Assembly: GCF_023055435.1 (NCBI RefSeq)
Contig: NW_025963791.1
Location: forward strand, 31,496,001 to 31,560,000
Source: Haliotis rufescens
Lineage: Eukaryota
Direction of reading: 5' to 3'
Length of the DNA stretch: 64,000 bases
Made by a program: the position numbers and the translations under genes. The notes under the pieces are model-generated. The model searched no databases. It saw only the letters and a program-made list of their open reading frames with translations, and had not been told where the DNA came from. Of the stretch, positions 37,641 through 51,417 are shown one piece after another. How positions within the stretch are numbered: the first letter of the stretch is position 1; the number at the start of each line of letters is the position of its first letter.

Positions 37641-37941
37641 CTGGTACATCACCCTCAGCCCCGAGGGTGTCAATCAGCCCCTGTATAATGATGCTGGGTT
37701 TGATCTGCCCCGCCCACTCCTCCACTGGCCGGCTGGGGTTAGGGACCTTGGTATCTTGTCGACAGAAGGCACAGGGGATCGTCTTTGACAGTACAGCATC
37801 TGGTCTGGTCAGGATGTACTTGGTGACACATTTCCTGCAGAATGTGTGATCACACCTCAGTGTACACGGGTCTGTGTACAGTTCCTGGCAGATCACACAG
37901 GTGAGGAATTCCATCACTTTCTCATTCTGGGATGTCGCCAT
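37641..37941 (-). CDS. TRIM-NHL copy D RING exon
   Basis: CVIC..PCTLRCDHTFCRKC..CAFC; ttttcag|ATG; donor G|GTTAAG; candidate UTR-exon donor AG|GTAAGT at 38082. Confidence 0.92.
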
Positions 37942-39555
37942 CTGAAAAACCAGAATTGAAGGTCACATAAATCATTTTTCAATTTTTCAAAATATATTTT
38001 TTCTGGTGAAGTTCGTCTGTCTCTGTTATGGGACAATTTGTATTTTGGTTGGCACATCTTGAAAATGTCACTTCGGACTTACCTTCCACACCAAGCTGAC
38101 AACTGAAATACATGTACTGTTCGAAGTGGCACATATCCAAATTCCTTCACGTGTTGAGTGCGTCATTAAATATGTTGAGACATCTGTTATTGACAGTCGA
38201 ATGTGTAGTTTGTCTCAATGTTGTTCACCATCAACATCACATGTCAACTACATCATAGTGATCTGTAGTATGTCAAGATTCGACCACTCAAACCATCAGC
38301 AGCTACTGTCGTAAGAGGGTTTATTCTTCATATAAAATCAACTGCATTATTTCATAAAAGTTGAAAACATCCGTTTACTGTTTGGCACATCACATATAAT
38401 TCCTTGTTCCAAAAGTGACAGTGAGTATGTCGAGTGTTCACCAGGCAACCCCACAGCTGCTGGTATGACAAACGTTGAGTCCAGAGGTCAGGGTACGATC
38501 ACACATTGTAAGAAACTGTTCAAATTGAGTCGCAGTGATGACAAGCGTTGGTTACTTGAGATATATATTCAGCCTCAAGTGGGATAGTCTCTCAGTAAAT
38601 CAGACTTTAATATTCTTTTCAAATCAACTTGAAGATATAAATATGTGTTCCTAAATTGTCTATATTGGCCGTTCCATAGTGCTATAGAAATACATATATA
38701 TTGATATAACGCAAAACAAGGCTTTTCCGAAACGTGGGTCTAGATCTCTATATATGTTTATCCTTGTATTTGAACTAAACCTTTCCCTCATTATAGTTAA
38801 ACTCATTATCGTAATGACTTACTGACTCTGCTAAAAGAACAAGCTTGTTGTTTCCGCACAATACAGGATTTACCTGCAGAGATGAACTAAAACTGAATAT
38901 ATTAATTATAGTGATATTGTGAGGTCAGGCTTAATCGCGGGTGTGACATTATCGATCTTATTTGAAATACGCACGTGTTTCCTATTAAAGTTTTAAAAAC
39001 TACCAACGGTCAGTATAAATAAATAAATTTTGTTAACACCAAGCTTTCCCTTACAGTAAATAGACACACCGCCCCACCCTTTTCACAATACAGGGAGGTA
39101 ACTGAACGTTAGTATTCGAGACTAAGTCAGATATCTATCTTTAGTGTGTCAGTTTTACCAGAGACCATATAATCTATTATATGGTTTCTGAAATAACCAA
39201 ATCCCGCCAAGATACACAACTGTGCACGGAGGTAACTACAAAAGAAATGTTTGGGCCGAGACATGAAACTGCCCTCCCTCTTACTGTGTTGCGAAACGAC
39301 TATATGTCGTAAACGTTTCTTTACTTATAAGCAGCAGAATCTCTGTACTTGCACCCAACCAGCATAATTCAAAGTTAACATTGTTATTATTACTTTCACC
39401 CAAATCACTATCGTGTCACTGGATTTTCTGGTTCACCGATCACTTGATTATCAGAATTGTTTACAGGCCACCGCCGCATGGCAGTAGAACCTCTGTGCGG
39501 AGTCAGGCAATATATACTTACTTTTTAATGCAAGTCGGCGGATAATCTAGACAGG

Positions 39556-39701
39556 TTATTCGACTTGGACTGTACAGCATCTGGTCTGGTTGGATGTACA
39601 GAAAGTTGTGTGGCAGGTCAGTTTGCACGGGTATGTGTACGTCTCGATGCAGATGGAGCACGGCAGGAAACTATCTTTCACTCTAGCCGGGCGGTAGCCA
39701 T
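39556..39701 (-). pseudogene. Decayed RING-exon relic
   Basis: MATARL, then a frameshift, VKDSFLPCSICIETYTYPCKLTCHTTFC, an internal deletion, and a QTR remnant. Confidence 0.85.
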
Positions 39702-40435
39702 TTGCAAGAATGACGTCATGTATGTTTTGACAACAGCAGCTACTATACAAAGATATTTGTTACACCCTAGTTGGGCGACCAGCTTCTGTCAATGAGGCAT
39801 ACTGTGTCACGGTTCAATACACACAAGATCACTTGTAAATGGAAACTGCGTCGCCTTGTAAACACAATATAGCCGTAAGCATGGTTGTCCACTCACTTTT
39901 GTGAATTTCCATTATAAAGGTGGTGTTGGTTCAATCATTGCAATGCATGGACCTATAGTCGTACCAAATTGAATTTTAATAGATCCAAGAACGTCTTAGC
40001 CATAGAATCAGTTGTTCCCACAACACAATTACAACTGTTCTATGACCAATCAAACCACGTATCCCTCCTCACCGACGTCCTGTAACAGAGAATGAGTACA
40101 AACACAGCAGGACTACATCGACTTGTGATAAAAGGTGTCATAAATACGTCATTTAATAGCACAACTTCGATTGCATAGAATACTGGCCTCGATAGTTTAA
40201 CAAAATATGAAGGAGCTTTATATATTTCATTTGAGTCATAGTTCTGCTCAGTCGATCTTCACGCCTGAAGTCACTCAGTATGTCTAAAGGAAATGACATG
40301 TGGTCATGTATAGACCTATTAGTGTTTATGTGGAGTTAAGACAATATGTTGAAGTATATAGGATACATTCAGTTAACAAATGCAAACCAAACTTGATAAG
40401 AATTTCAAAATAGACCTAGCCAATTTTTTTTATAT

Positions 40436-42807
40436 AGAACGCCTACACATGTCTCCTCACTGCCTTAGATGCACACACGTCAACAGAACGCCTACACATG
40501 TCTCCCTACTGCCTTAGATGCACACACCTCAACAGAACGCCTATACATGTCTCCTCACTGCCTTAGATGCACACACCTCAACAGAACGCCTACACGTCTC
40601 CTCACTGCCTTAGATGCACATACCTCAACAGAACGCCTACACATGTCTCCTCATTGCCTTAGATGCACATACCTCAACAGAACGCCTACACATGTCTCCT
40701 CACTGCCTTAGATGCACACACCTCAACAGAACGCCTACACATGTCTCCTCACTGCCGTAGATGCACACACCTCAACAGAACGCCTACACACGTCTCCTCA
40801 CTGCCTTAGATGCACACACCTCAACAGAACGCCTACACATGTCTCCTCACTGCTGTAGATGCACACACCTCAACAGAACGCTTTCACACGTCTCCTCACT
40901 GCCTTAGATGCACACACGTCAACAGAACGCCTACACACGTCTCCTCACTGCCTTAGATGCACACACGTAAACAGAACGCCTACACATGTCTCCTCACTGC
41001 CTTAGATGCACACACGTCAACAGAACGCCTACACACGTCTCCTCACTGCCTCAGATGCACACACGTCAACAGAACGCCTACACATGTCTCCTCACTTCCT
41101 TAGATGCACACACGTCAACAGAACGCCTACACATGTCTCCTCACTGCCTTAGATGCACACACGTCAACAGAACGCCTACACATGTCTCCTCACTTCCTTA
41201 GATGCACACACGTCAACAGAACGCCTACACATGTCTCCTCACTGCCTTAGATGCACACACCTCAACAGAACGCCTTCAAATGTCTCCTCACTGCCTTAGA
41301 TGCACACACCTCAACAGAACGCCTACACATGTTTCCCCACTGCCTTAGATGCACACCCGTCAACAGAACGCATTCACGTCTCCTAACTGCCTTAGATGCA
41401 CACAGGTCAACAGAACGCCTACACACGTCTCCTCACTGCCTTAGATGCACACACCTCAACAGAACGCCTACAGGTCTCCTCACTGCCTTAGATACACACA
41501 CGTCAACAGAACGCCTAGACATGTCTCCTTACTGCCTTAGATGCACACACGTCAACAGAACGCCAACACATGTCTCCTCACTGCCTTAGATGCACACACC
41601 TCAACAGAACGCCTACACACGTCTCCTCACTGCCGTAGATGCACACACGTCGACAGAACGCCTACACATGTCTCCACATTGCCGTAGATGCACACACCTC
41701 AACAGAACGCCTACACATGTCTCCTCACAGCCTTAGATGCACACACGTCAACAGAACGCCAACACGTCTCCTAACTGCCTTAGATGCACACACGTCAACA
41801 GAACTCCTACACACGTCTCCTCACTGCCTTAGATGCACACACCTCAACAGAACGCCTACACATGTCTCCTCACTGCCGTAGATGCACACACGTCAACAGA
41901 ACGCCTACACACGTCTCCTCACTGCCTTAGATGCACACACCTCAACAGAACGCCTACACATGTCTCCTCACTTCCTTAAATGCACACACGTCAACAGAAC
42001 GCCTACACGTCTCTTCACTGCCGTAGATGCACACACCTCAACAGAACGCCTACACATGTCTCCTCACTGCCTTAGATGCACACACCTCAACAGAACGCCT
42101 ACACATGTCTCCTCACTGCCTTAGATGCACACACGTCAACAGAACGTCTACACATGTCTCCTCACTTCCTTAGATGCACACACGTCAACAGAACGCCTAC
42201 ACATGTCTCTTCACTGTCGTAGATGCACACACCTCAACAGAACGCCTACACATGTCTCCCCACTGCCTTAGATGCACACCCGTCAACAGAACGCCTTCAC
42301 GTCTCCTAACTGCCTTAGATGCACACACGTCAACAGAACGCCTTCACACGTCTCCTCACTGCCTTAGATGCACACACCTCAACAGAACGCCTACACGTCT
42401 CCTCACTGCCTTAGATGCACACACGTCGACAGAACGCCTACACATGTCTCCACATTGCCGTAGATGCACACACCTCAACAGAACGCCTACACGTCTCCTC
42501 ACTGCCTTAGAAACACACACGTCAACAGAATGCCTTCACATGTCTCCACATTGCCGTAGATGCACACACCTCAACAGAACGCCTACACATGTCTCCTCAC
42601 TGCCTTAGATGCACACACCTCAACAGAACGCCTAGACATGTCTCCTTACTGCCTTAGATGCACACACGTCAACAGAACGCCAACACGTCTCCTCACTGCC
42701 TTAGATGCACACACGTCGACAGAACGCCTACACATGTCTCCTCACTGCCTAAGATGCACACACCTCAACAGAACGCCTACACATGTCTCCTCACTGCCTT
42801 AGATGCA
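40436..42807. repeat. 49-bp minisatellite (agaacgcctacacatgtctcctcactgccttagatgcacacac[c/g]tcaac), about 49 units, some 47 bp
   Basis: Direct reading. Confidence 0.98.
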
Positions 42808-42842
42808 CGCCCTTATGTGCTTCATTGTATACACGCCTTGAA

Positions 42843-43128
42843 CTGCCTCCGTGGTCTAGTGGATAGAGCATCTGCTTGGAGAGCGAAAGGTCGGGAGTTC
42901 GAACCCCTTCCGTCTCATACAAAAAGGACTGGCTGCCTCGGGGTTAATTTAATATGTCTTTATGGGGTGGTATCCATGTTAAACGACGTGACATTAAGAG
43001 GATAAATCAAGGACTGGCTGGCTCGGAGTGATTATAATATGGTGGTGTCCATGTTAAACTGAGGCATGGTATCTCAGTGGGCTAGCACTATAAAACCGAC
43101 GTAAAACCCGATTTCACCTCACCGCCCC
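42843..43128 (+). mobile_element. Long tRNA-derived SINE
   Basis: A-box TGGTCTAGTGG, B-box GTTCGAACC, tail cacctcacc. Confidence 0.75.
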
Positions 43129-44601
43129 ATACACACAATGGAACAAGATCACTTATGAGTTATCTCAATAATAATTCCAATGATAATGTTCATCTTTGGA
43201 TTGCTAGATTATATTGATAAAATCTTCCCGAATACCCTTCTGCACTCACACCTGACACTATATGACTTTCAGTGGAGAAGGACAATATTTTTGAAGCAGT
43301 ACTCAGTGCTGTCACTAAACCAATGTCATGCTTGTGTGTATCACCATTCACGTCACTGTTGTGCGATTACTGTTCGGTGTGGCAAAGGTTAAAAGGTTTA
43401 CAAAATCTACCATTCTGTTACATGGTGTGTATGACGGCGCCTGTAACCATTCATTCCGTTGTTCCGGAAATACACGAACTATTAGTCCCACAGATAGGCA
43501 TGAACGTCGTGCCACTGTCTCCATCAGAAGACAACACGCCTCATTTGATAAATGAGACTCACATACACAGTTAAGCCAGGTAAATGTTGCATAATTATAC
43601 GAGGACAACAGGTAAACCTTGACGATTACTGAATATTTGATGAAAAGAGCTAAAATGGTTTTTTTTTTAGAAAATGAAACCTCTGAATGAACACTCAAAG
43701 AATATCAAATGGTTGGTAGGAATATTTGTGTCCACTTTATTTATAAAATATATCATATACATTTTCACATATATATGACGAAGTTAGGCACATACTACAT
43801 ATATGACAAAGCCAGGTAAATACTACACAGATAGTGAATATAGGTAGTACACAGAAGATGGTTACAGGTAAATACTACAAAGATGATGGATACAGGTAAC
43901 TACTACATTGATGATAAACACAGGTAAATAACATACAGATAATGAAGCCAGGCAAACAGGTTGCGACTTGCGTGCATGGACATAGTATAAAACCAATAAT
44001 TTTCAATGACGTGGTTATTACGTATAACGACCGCGCAGACCATTATGACGAATAAAAAGACATGGTTATTCAGAAACAAAGAAAAAGAAGATGCATTTAG
44101 AAGACAAATTCTTGAACCATTTGAATAATGTTAAACTAGTAATTATTTATCAGATTTTATCACCAAAATTTGTTCTCTGTCTGCCCTGAAAAAAAAGCAT
44201 TGTGAAAAAATAAATTGTTCGGATTCTCCTTTCCCAGCAAAATTGCGTGCCCTGAAGAAATAACATCATGTCTCTCACAACAGTCCTCCAACACTGCAAT
44301 ACCATTATGGGTTGGGTCGGAATTGTAGTGTCATCTTTATTTATGCTTCATATACTACTATTTTACAGAGAGTAATTGTATATATATATTTAGTAAGCTA
44401 AACGTTGTGACATAGACCATGTACCCTGTGAGTTTCAATAGTTTTCGTTTTATACTCTGACACTAATCACTATTGTTATCGTCCACAATCCTGTTAAGGG
44501 CTTGGTTTGTTGAGCGGATACTTATCATACTACTTGGTACTGGATCTCGACAAAACCTTGCCTTTGTTAGTTGTCTTGATCTCTCTTGTAGCACGACCGA
44601 G

Positions 44602-45659
44602 TTAGTATGGACTACATTTGTACTCCTTCACTTCAGCATTACAACAGATGAAGAAGGATTCGCGTGCATGACAGAAAATACTCTTCAGGCCAGACACGTT
44701 ACCGTCTGACGTGAGGACGTCTCTGACAAACTCTCCCGTCTCTGTCAGTTGTATGACCTTGTTGGAATTACTGTCCACCAGAAGTATGTCTCCCGTCCTG
44801 GCAGTGGAAATACCATGAGGAACACCGAGTTCTCTGTCTCCGGTAGGGACGTATCTCCACACAACATCCCCCTCTGATGTTAGACATGTCACAGACTTCT
44901 CCCCCCAGTCAGACACGAGTATGTTGCCCTTGTTGTTGACACATATGTAGTCGGGGTAGGTAAATAGTCGCATATTGTTGTATGCATTAACTGACCTCAA
45001 CACGAGCCCCGACATATCCAGGATATCAACACAATAGTCTGTACTTGCTGCTAGAGATGAAGGACTCAGAACAGCGAGACTGTAGTACCCAGTACGTGTT
45101 GTAATGGTTGATAGCAACGCCAGGCCAGGGCTGACACCCACTGTGACAATTTCACATGATTCGGGGACAGCAACCAGTACCTGCTTCTCTTTCAGCTGTG
45201 TTACACCCCATGGAGATTGTTTCACACGACCCGTACTGAAACGTGGCGTCTTTCTTCTGGTGTAGAAGGATGTTATGCAGTGATTGTCCCCGTCAGTGAC
45301 TACAACTGTCTGTACACCGTCTACAACCAGGACTGCGACGTCACGGATATTAAAGGACATTTTGCCACTGATCCGATAGGTATCAATGGTGTTGACCAGC
45401 ATCGGTGCCTTGAGATTACCTTTACCTTTGTCATTGTGGTCAGCCGTCTCAATCTGTGGGGTCGGCTTGTCGCTTTTACTCTCTCCCCCCTTATCTCTGG
45501 TTTGCAGGTCAAAGAGGTCATGGTCACTTGACATAGGGCTCACCCAATGTATCTTCACGCATCTTTCACAGAGGTCCACTTCGCATTCAGGACACCACAA
45601 GACTCCTGCAGTTATCTCCCCTAGTTGCTGACAGATTGTGCAGCAATTGTTTGTTAACA
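44602..45659 (-). CDS. TRIM-like copy E large exon: B-box1, short linker, NHL (no B-box2 or coiled coil)
   Basis: Acceptor tttgcag; intact frame; with the RING exon gives 1341 nt, 446 aa. Confidence 0.88.
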
Positions 45660-46109
45660 CTGCAAACATAGAATGATGTGAGTATTGTCACATGATAATT
45701 GAAATCTATTTATTCTATTTATTATATGAAATGTCTAAAGTGTTTAATACTCAGACAGAATGTAACAGCATAGACATAAACAAACCAGTAAATCAATAGT
45801 TACAACTTACATGCCATGCCTCAACGTTAATCAACCTGTAACTTAAGGGATAGACATTTCTTTTCTCGTTGATACATGTTATCGTCTAAACATAACAGCC
45901 TTCTGTAATTTTCATATGTTTTATATACCTGTTTTCACTCACTATTCATGGCATATTTTGTAAACAACTTTGGTTAGTAATATAGATTTCTCAAATCAAC
46001 AAATATCCTTTAAAGTACATTTTATTTCCGTATTCTACGTTTTAATCAAACAAGACGTATCAATATAAATAATAAAATAGGTTCAACATTTAGAACGTTT
46101 TCACTTTAC

Positions 46110-46392
46110 CTGGTTTGTTTGTCAACTTCTGTAGAATGATGCTGGGTTTGATCTGCCCCGCCCACTCCTCCACTGGCCTGCTGGGGTGGGGCACCATGGT
46201 ATCTTGTCCACAGCAGGGACAGGGGATCGTCTTGGACTGAACAGCATCTGGTCTGGTTTGGATGTACTTGGTGATACATCTCTGACAGAAGGTGTGGTGG
46301 CAGGTCAGTGTACACGGGTCTGTGTACGTCTCAAAGCAGATGGAGCACGTCAGGAAATTATCCTTGATATTGTTTCCGTTCCGGGTAGCCAT
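46110..46392 (-). CDS. Copy E RING exon
   Basis: CSIC..CHHTFCQRC..CPCC; ttaatag|ATG; donor G|GTAAAG, phase 1. Confidence 0.9.
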
Positions 46393-46756
46393 CTATTAAA
46401 TGCATTCATAGTTTAATTAATTATACATTTCATTTTCCTCAAAACAATAATGTTATGACTGAGCTTGATTCGTATCGTTTTACAACTATTTGAATATGAA
46501 TATATGTACACACGGCTGCAAACATACTTTTACCCTATACCTTTTTATCGCTTTTATGTACCGATTGATCGGTTGATAACGAATTTATCTTCTCGACATT
46601 CATGCCTACAGGTTAGCCGTATTGACAGCTGACAGACGTTACAATTAAACCGAGTTACTTCCCTTTACCCACTGCATTCGAGCAAACATAGGCTCATTTC
46701 AGAAACAACTACATGATAATTGTCATGAAACCCACGCAAATCTACGTGCATTTGCA

Positions 46757-47016
46757 CACATCTGTATATTTTCACATACGTGTAAATGGATAAATGCAAA
46801 TTCCAGTCTGCATAAATGTGTACCAACATTTATACAACCTACTTGCCAGTTCTAACTTTACAAAAGTACGGTATATTCTGTATATATTAAAAGTACGGTA
46901 CACATCTGTATATTTTCACATACGTGTAAATGGATAAATCCAAATTCCAGTCTGCATAAATGTGTACCAACATTTATACAACTTACTTACCAGTTCTAAC
47001 TTTACAAAAGTACGGT
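46757..47016. repeat. Local tandem duplication, about 140-bp period
   Basis: cacatctgtatattttcacatacgtg...caaaagtacggta occurs twice. Confidence 0.9.
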
Positions 47017-48394
47017 ACATTCACCTACATGTGAAGACACAAACGACATATGTGAATGCATGCATACAAGAGGGGTATAAGTTCAACACTGCCTACAAAC
47101 TGAGTCGGAATCAGGCTGAAACATGCTGCCGTATATATCCTGATAATGGACGTCGGAGCTCAGGTTCACCTTTAACATATAGTTATTTTTTAGACGTGCA
47201 TGTAAATGTCCAGACTAAATGATGGCCATTGTAAAAACCACCAGGCGTGCCAAATACCTGAATTAATGCATTGCTTTTATGCCCCGAAGGATCGGTTGAC
47301 AACGAGATGACAATACAACATGGTACATGGTACACAACATGTAGAATTAGTATCAGTAAATTGTTTCAATTTCTCAAATCAACGTGTGCATTCATCGGAA
47401 TATGAAAGAACACCAATGGCTAACTTGCACATCGTATGACTTCTGATGGTAAATATAGTGCGAGTTCGGCCCAAACTCTACATTGCACATTGCACAGCCC
47501 CGCCTCGGAGCATAGACCTGTCGTCTATAACTCACGAGTAACCTCCCCTCCTTCTATTGAGAACACTGGTGGTACACTATCGACAGTGTCACATATAGAA
47601 CGACTCATAGTAAACAAAGAACAATTGAGTGGATACGTTCACCGAAAGTAGAATTTAGGACTGCCTTTTATTTACCTTTTACCCATGTGAATGATAATAC
47701 ATTTTTGCTATTGTCTCTATTTTCTTAGCCTCAGTGCGATGTGATATAACACCACCGTGAGGCTATGTTTTAAAGTGATAGTGAAAGTAGGCGACTTCCT
47801 TGTTACAGCATACCATAACACTGATATCAAGGTCTGCTGATACACATATGTATCTAGAAGATGATAAATGATATTTTACAAAACCCAATTAACGCCCAGT
47901 TACAGTTACCAGTTTGACAATATCTGTGTTGACAACGACAAGATGTATCTGAAAGTCTACCTGTAAGCAGGCTGTGTGTCTGCGTGTGGACTGCCGCACT
48001 CGGCTGAACTCGCCCTTTTCCGTAACTGTTTTGTCGGCTTGCCCAAATCGTCTCCATTCGGCTGTGTCCGTAAAACTATGCATCCAGCGTCAGTATGTTT
48101 ATATAACACAACGTAATGATTACATGCTGTACCGCAAAATACGTAGGGATATCGAAACTCAGAAACGACAGAAGTTGACTCGTGAAATAATACCAATGCA
48201 TGTATGGTTCCTTGGTCACAACTACATGCAAACATGTGCACGTGCACCAAGTGACGGTCCTCTTTTTCATTGATTCCCGTGAGTAGTGTCTCACACAACA
48301 CTCATCTCTGTACCGTCTCATCATCGTTTGGTGACCGATTAACAGAGCGACGTCTGCAACACTGGGGACATCTTTGGGCAAAAATAATACACAC

Positions 48395-48910
48395 AGAGTT
48401 ATCCCCATTGCTGCATATATTTTTGACAGAGTTATAGCCCTTACTGCTTGCTTTTCAACATTAACTCATATTCACTACATAAACACAAAAAATGTAGTAA
48501 GACGAGTTCTATGGATGAACAACTTCTTTATTACGATTCGTGCGTTTATGTTAAGTGATATCACTTGCTTGATAAAGGTGTTAGGATCTGCACCGAAACA
48601 TCGCACTAATTGTAATAAAAAAGTTGTTCATCCATAGAACTCGTCTTTCTTCATCACACCAACTTCTAAATGCCACTCAAAGAAGTTAAAAAAAAATGAA
48701 ATATACCCCTGGCCGGGGAGAGTAATAAGCTGTTTTCTTGTTGATATGTATCCTATGAGTTACCCCTGCATATATTTTTGACAGAGTTATAGCCCTTACT
48801 GCATGCTTTTCAACATTAACTCATATTCTCTACATAAACAAAAAAATGTAATATACCTCTGGCCGGGGAGAGTGATAACGCTGTTTTCTTGTTGATATGT
48901 ATCCTATGAG
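48395..48910. repeat. About 150-bp tandem duplication; the first copy carries a roughly 200-bp insert containing a hairpin (48499-48647)
   Basis: A-X-B-A-B arrangement; aagacgagttctatggatgaacaac / gttgttcatccatagaactcgtctt. Confidence 0.85.
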
Positions 48911-49339
48911 ATATAGGATGATATGAGATAAAAATCATGTATATTATCGCACGAGGTAAATGAAAATCTGACTAGTCTGAAGGATGGAAAGTGAGGTTAT
49001 CAACTGGGTTAACCTCTGTGATAAAATTACAGATACCTTAAATCATGAATTTTAATTAACAAAATTGATTGCTTATGTAATGAGTAAATTTAAGGGTTTC
49101 TTCACTTTCGAGAAAACGTGGCTATATATGTAACATGTTTGTTCATGGCATGAACCCTCTGCTTGTGACATTTTCATAATCATCTGGAATCTGTAGCGGG
49201 TAACGGTGTGGGGTTTTATTGATGAACGAGGGGTGACTGAAGAGTTCTGAGCTTATCTGCAATACAGAACCCATGCATTCCTTCCTTACAGGCTGCGTTT
49301 GACCCAAATACTCAACCAGGAAGCATATGTTGGCAGGCA

Positions 49340-50260
49340 GCAAGGTGACCAGGTATTCTCTCTTGATGAAATGGAGATAATAGGAACAGCAACTCATCCA
49401 TGCATCGGGACAAAGTGGCAACTTAGGGGATGATTTTGTCTCCCTTTACCCCTTTTGAGAGGTGGATAACGAATTTCAAGAGGGGAAGAAAGAGCCCCGA
49501 AGATGATCCAAGATCAGGATCGAAGACTCTCAACTTCTACCACAACGGAAAATGTTGATGAAATACATGATATGATAATGGATGATCAACTCACTACACG
49601 TCACACAGCCAATACAGTCTGAGAACATTCTGAGGAATGAACTGGCATGACAAAGGTTTCAGCACGCTGTGTCCCAGGGAGTCTGATTGGAAACGCTCCA
49701 GTTTCGTCATCTCTTGCGGGAACTTTCGTTATTTATAAGCGGATGTAGCTGATTTTCTTAAGCAATTTGTAACCATGGGTTCACCACTATCAGCCAGAGA
49801 CTAGACAATAGTCAACGCAGTGGAAACATCTGACGTCTCCTCCGAAGAAGAAGGCAAAGTCAGTTCCATCAGCTGGCGAGGTGATGGTTCCAGTTTTCTC
49901 AAATTCCAAACGAATCCTACTGGTGAACTCCCTACCGACCGTTTATGGCAAATATATGCCAATATGACTTTTCAACTGCGTTAGGATATCAAGGCTAATT
50001 TTTTAACGTCGTTGATACCTCATTAAAGGTGTGTTGTTTCACCATGACAACGCACCAGTGCACAAGTCTGTTGTTGCCATGGTGTCAATGAATGACCGTG
50101 GCTTTAAAGTCCTTGAACATTCTCCATTGTTTACCATATAGGTATATGGTTTCTACTAAACTTGAAGAAAGAACTTTCTGGCAAGCAGAATGCAAATGAT
50201 GAAGTCAAGGTCATTTTACACCATCCGGAGGAAGCCATCTACACCCGTGAGAACCAGATG
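49340..50260 (+). mobile_element. Degenerate mariner transposase
   Basis: FKRGRKSPEDDPRSG, MTKVSARCVP, HHYQPETR..S.QWKH..SPPKKKAK..PSAG.VM, VLFHHDNAPVH. Confidence 0.9.
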
Positions 50261-50394
50261 CTCCATCAGCTTCAGAGGGAGTGGACGGTCGGGGGAAGAT
50301 TGGTTGACAGTACAATTTAGTGTTGTATAGGATATGTGATAAAGTTGGTCCAGAATTTACGATTAATATTTTGACTTCATGAGTTTTACCCGTG

Positions 50395-50655
50395 GTGATC
50401 CAGGGTAGAATATATGTAGGTCTTCAGCAAGCCATGCTTGACAAAGGAGGTGAAAATGCTTGTGAGAAGCGACTAACGGGATCGGGTGGTCAAGCTCACT
50501 GACTTGGTTGATGCATGTCATCGTTTTCCAATTGCGTAGATCGATGCGCCTGATATCAATCACTGGGTTGTCTAGCCCAGACTCCATTATTTACATACTG
50601 CCGTCATATAGCTGGAATATTGTTGAGTGCGGCGTTAAACAACAAACAAACAAAT
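50395..50655 (+). mobile_element. SINE-like repeat (third family) with (AAAC)n tail
   Basis: Matches 14430-14652. Confidence 0.7.
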
Positions 50656-51417
50656 TAACAGAACATGAAGAAATACAGCAAGGATTTCTTTCTTGGAATG
50701 GGGAATTAGGCCCATTGCATAATTAATAATTCGCATAAGAAGGATTGAAGAGTTTAATGTTTACCAAATATTAACATTCCAGATCAGAATATTTCTGCAT
50801 TGTGTGGGCAAAGTTACAATGATGTTTGTCATCGGCGATTACTTTTCAAATTAACAAAACGTTCTTTGTAGATTTCTTGTCACAATCATGGTGTGTTTCC
50901 GTTCAAACGGCGGATTTCATCATGGAACAAAGAGATGGGATCTAATCTTGAGGAGAATGTTGAATCCACGCACGCACATAGCTATCGTGCGTCTTTTAGA
51001 TTTCAACACATTGATGTTGATTATGATCGAATTAAAAACTACACCACAAAATTATTACTTCTACTGTTGTTTTTTACACTGGGAGCAGCGAGCATGTAAG
51101 TCCATTTTGACGTTCATGGCTATGTTTTTGTCGAAACCGTCGAAAAAATAAAACCGCCCAGTCTTACACTCATGTTTATGGCATATCTTTTGGTTTAAAT
51201 TGTATGGGCAATGTTAAATAATGTTATTCCTTTGGTGACCAAATGACTGAATAGGCGGCATCCCAGGTTTTGGTGAAGACTTTTATTGATACTGAGTGTT
51301 CTATACGTTGACTGGATCTATTTTCTCGACATCATTTTCATATAAATATTTCCAGAGTAACCCCATACACATCATTTCACATGCAGTAAATGACAAACAT
51401 TGAAGCCACAGCTCTAG

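Noticed and set aside
40436-42807. CRISPR-like regular array and ORFs within it
   Set aside because: Head-to-tail units with no unique spacers, no cas genes, eukaryotic context
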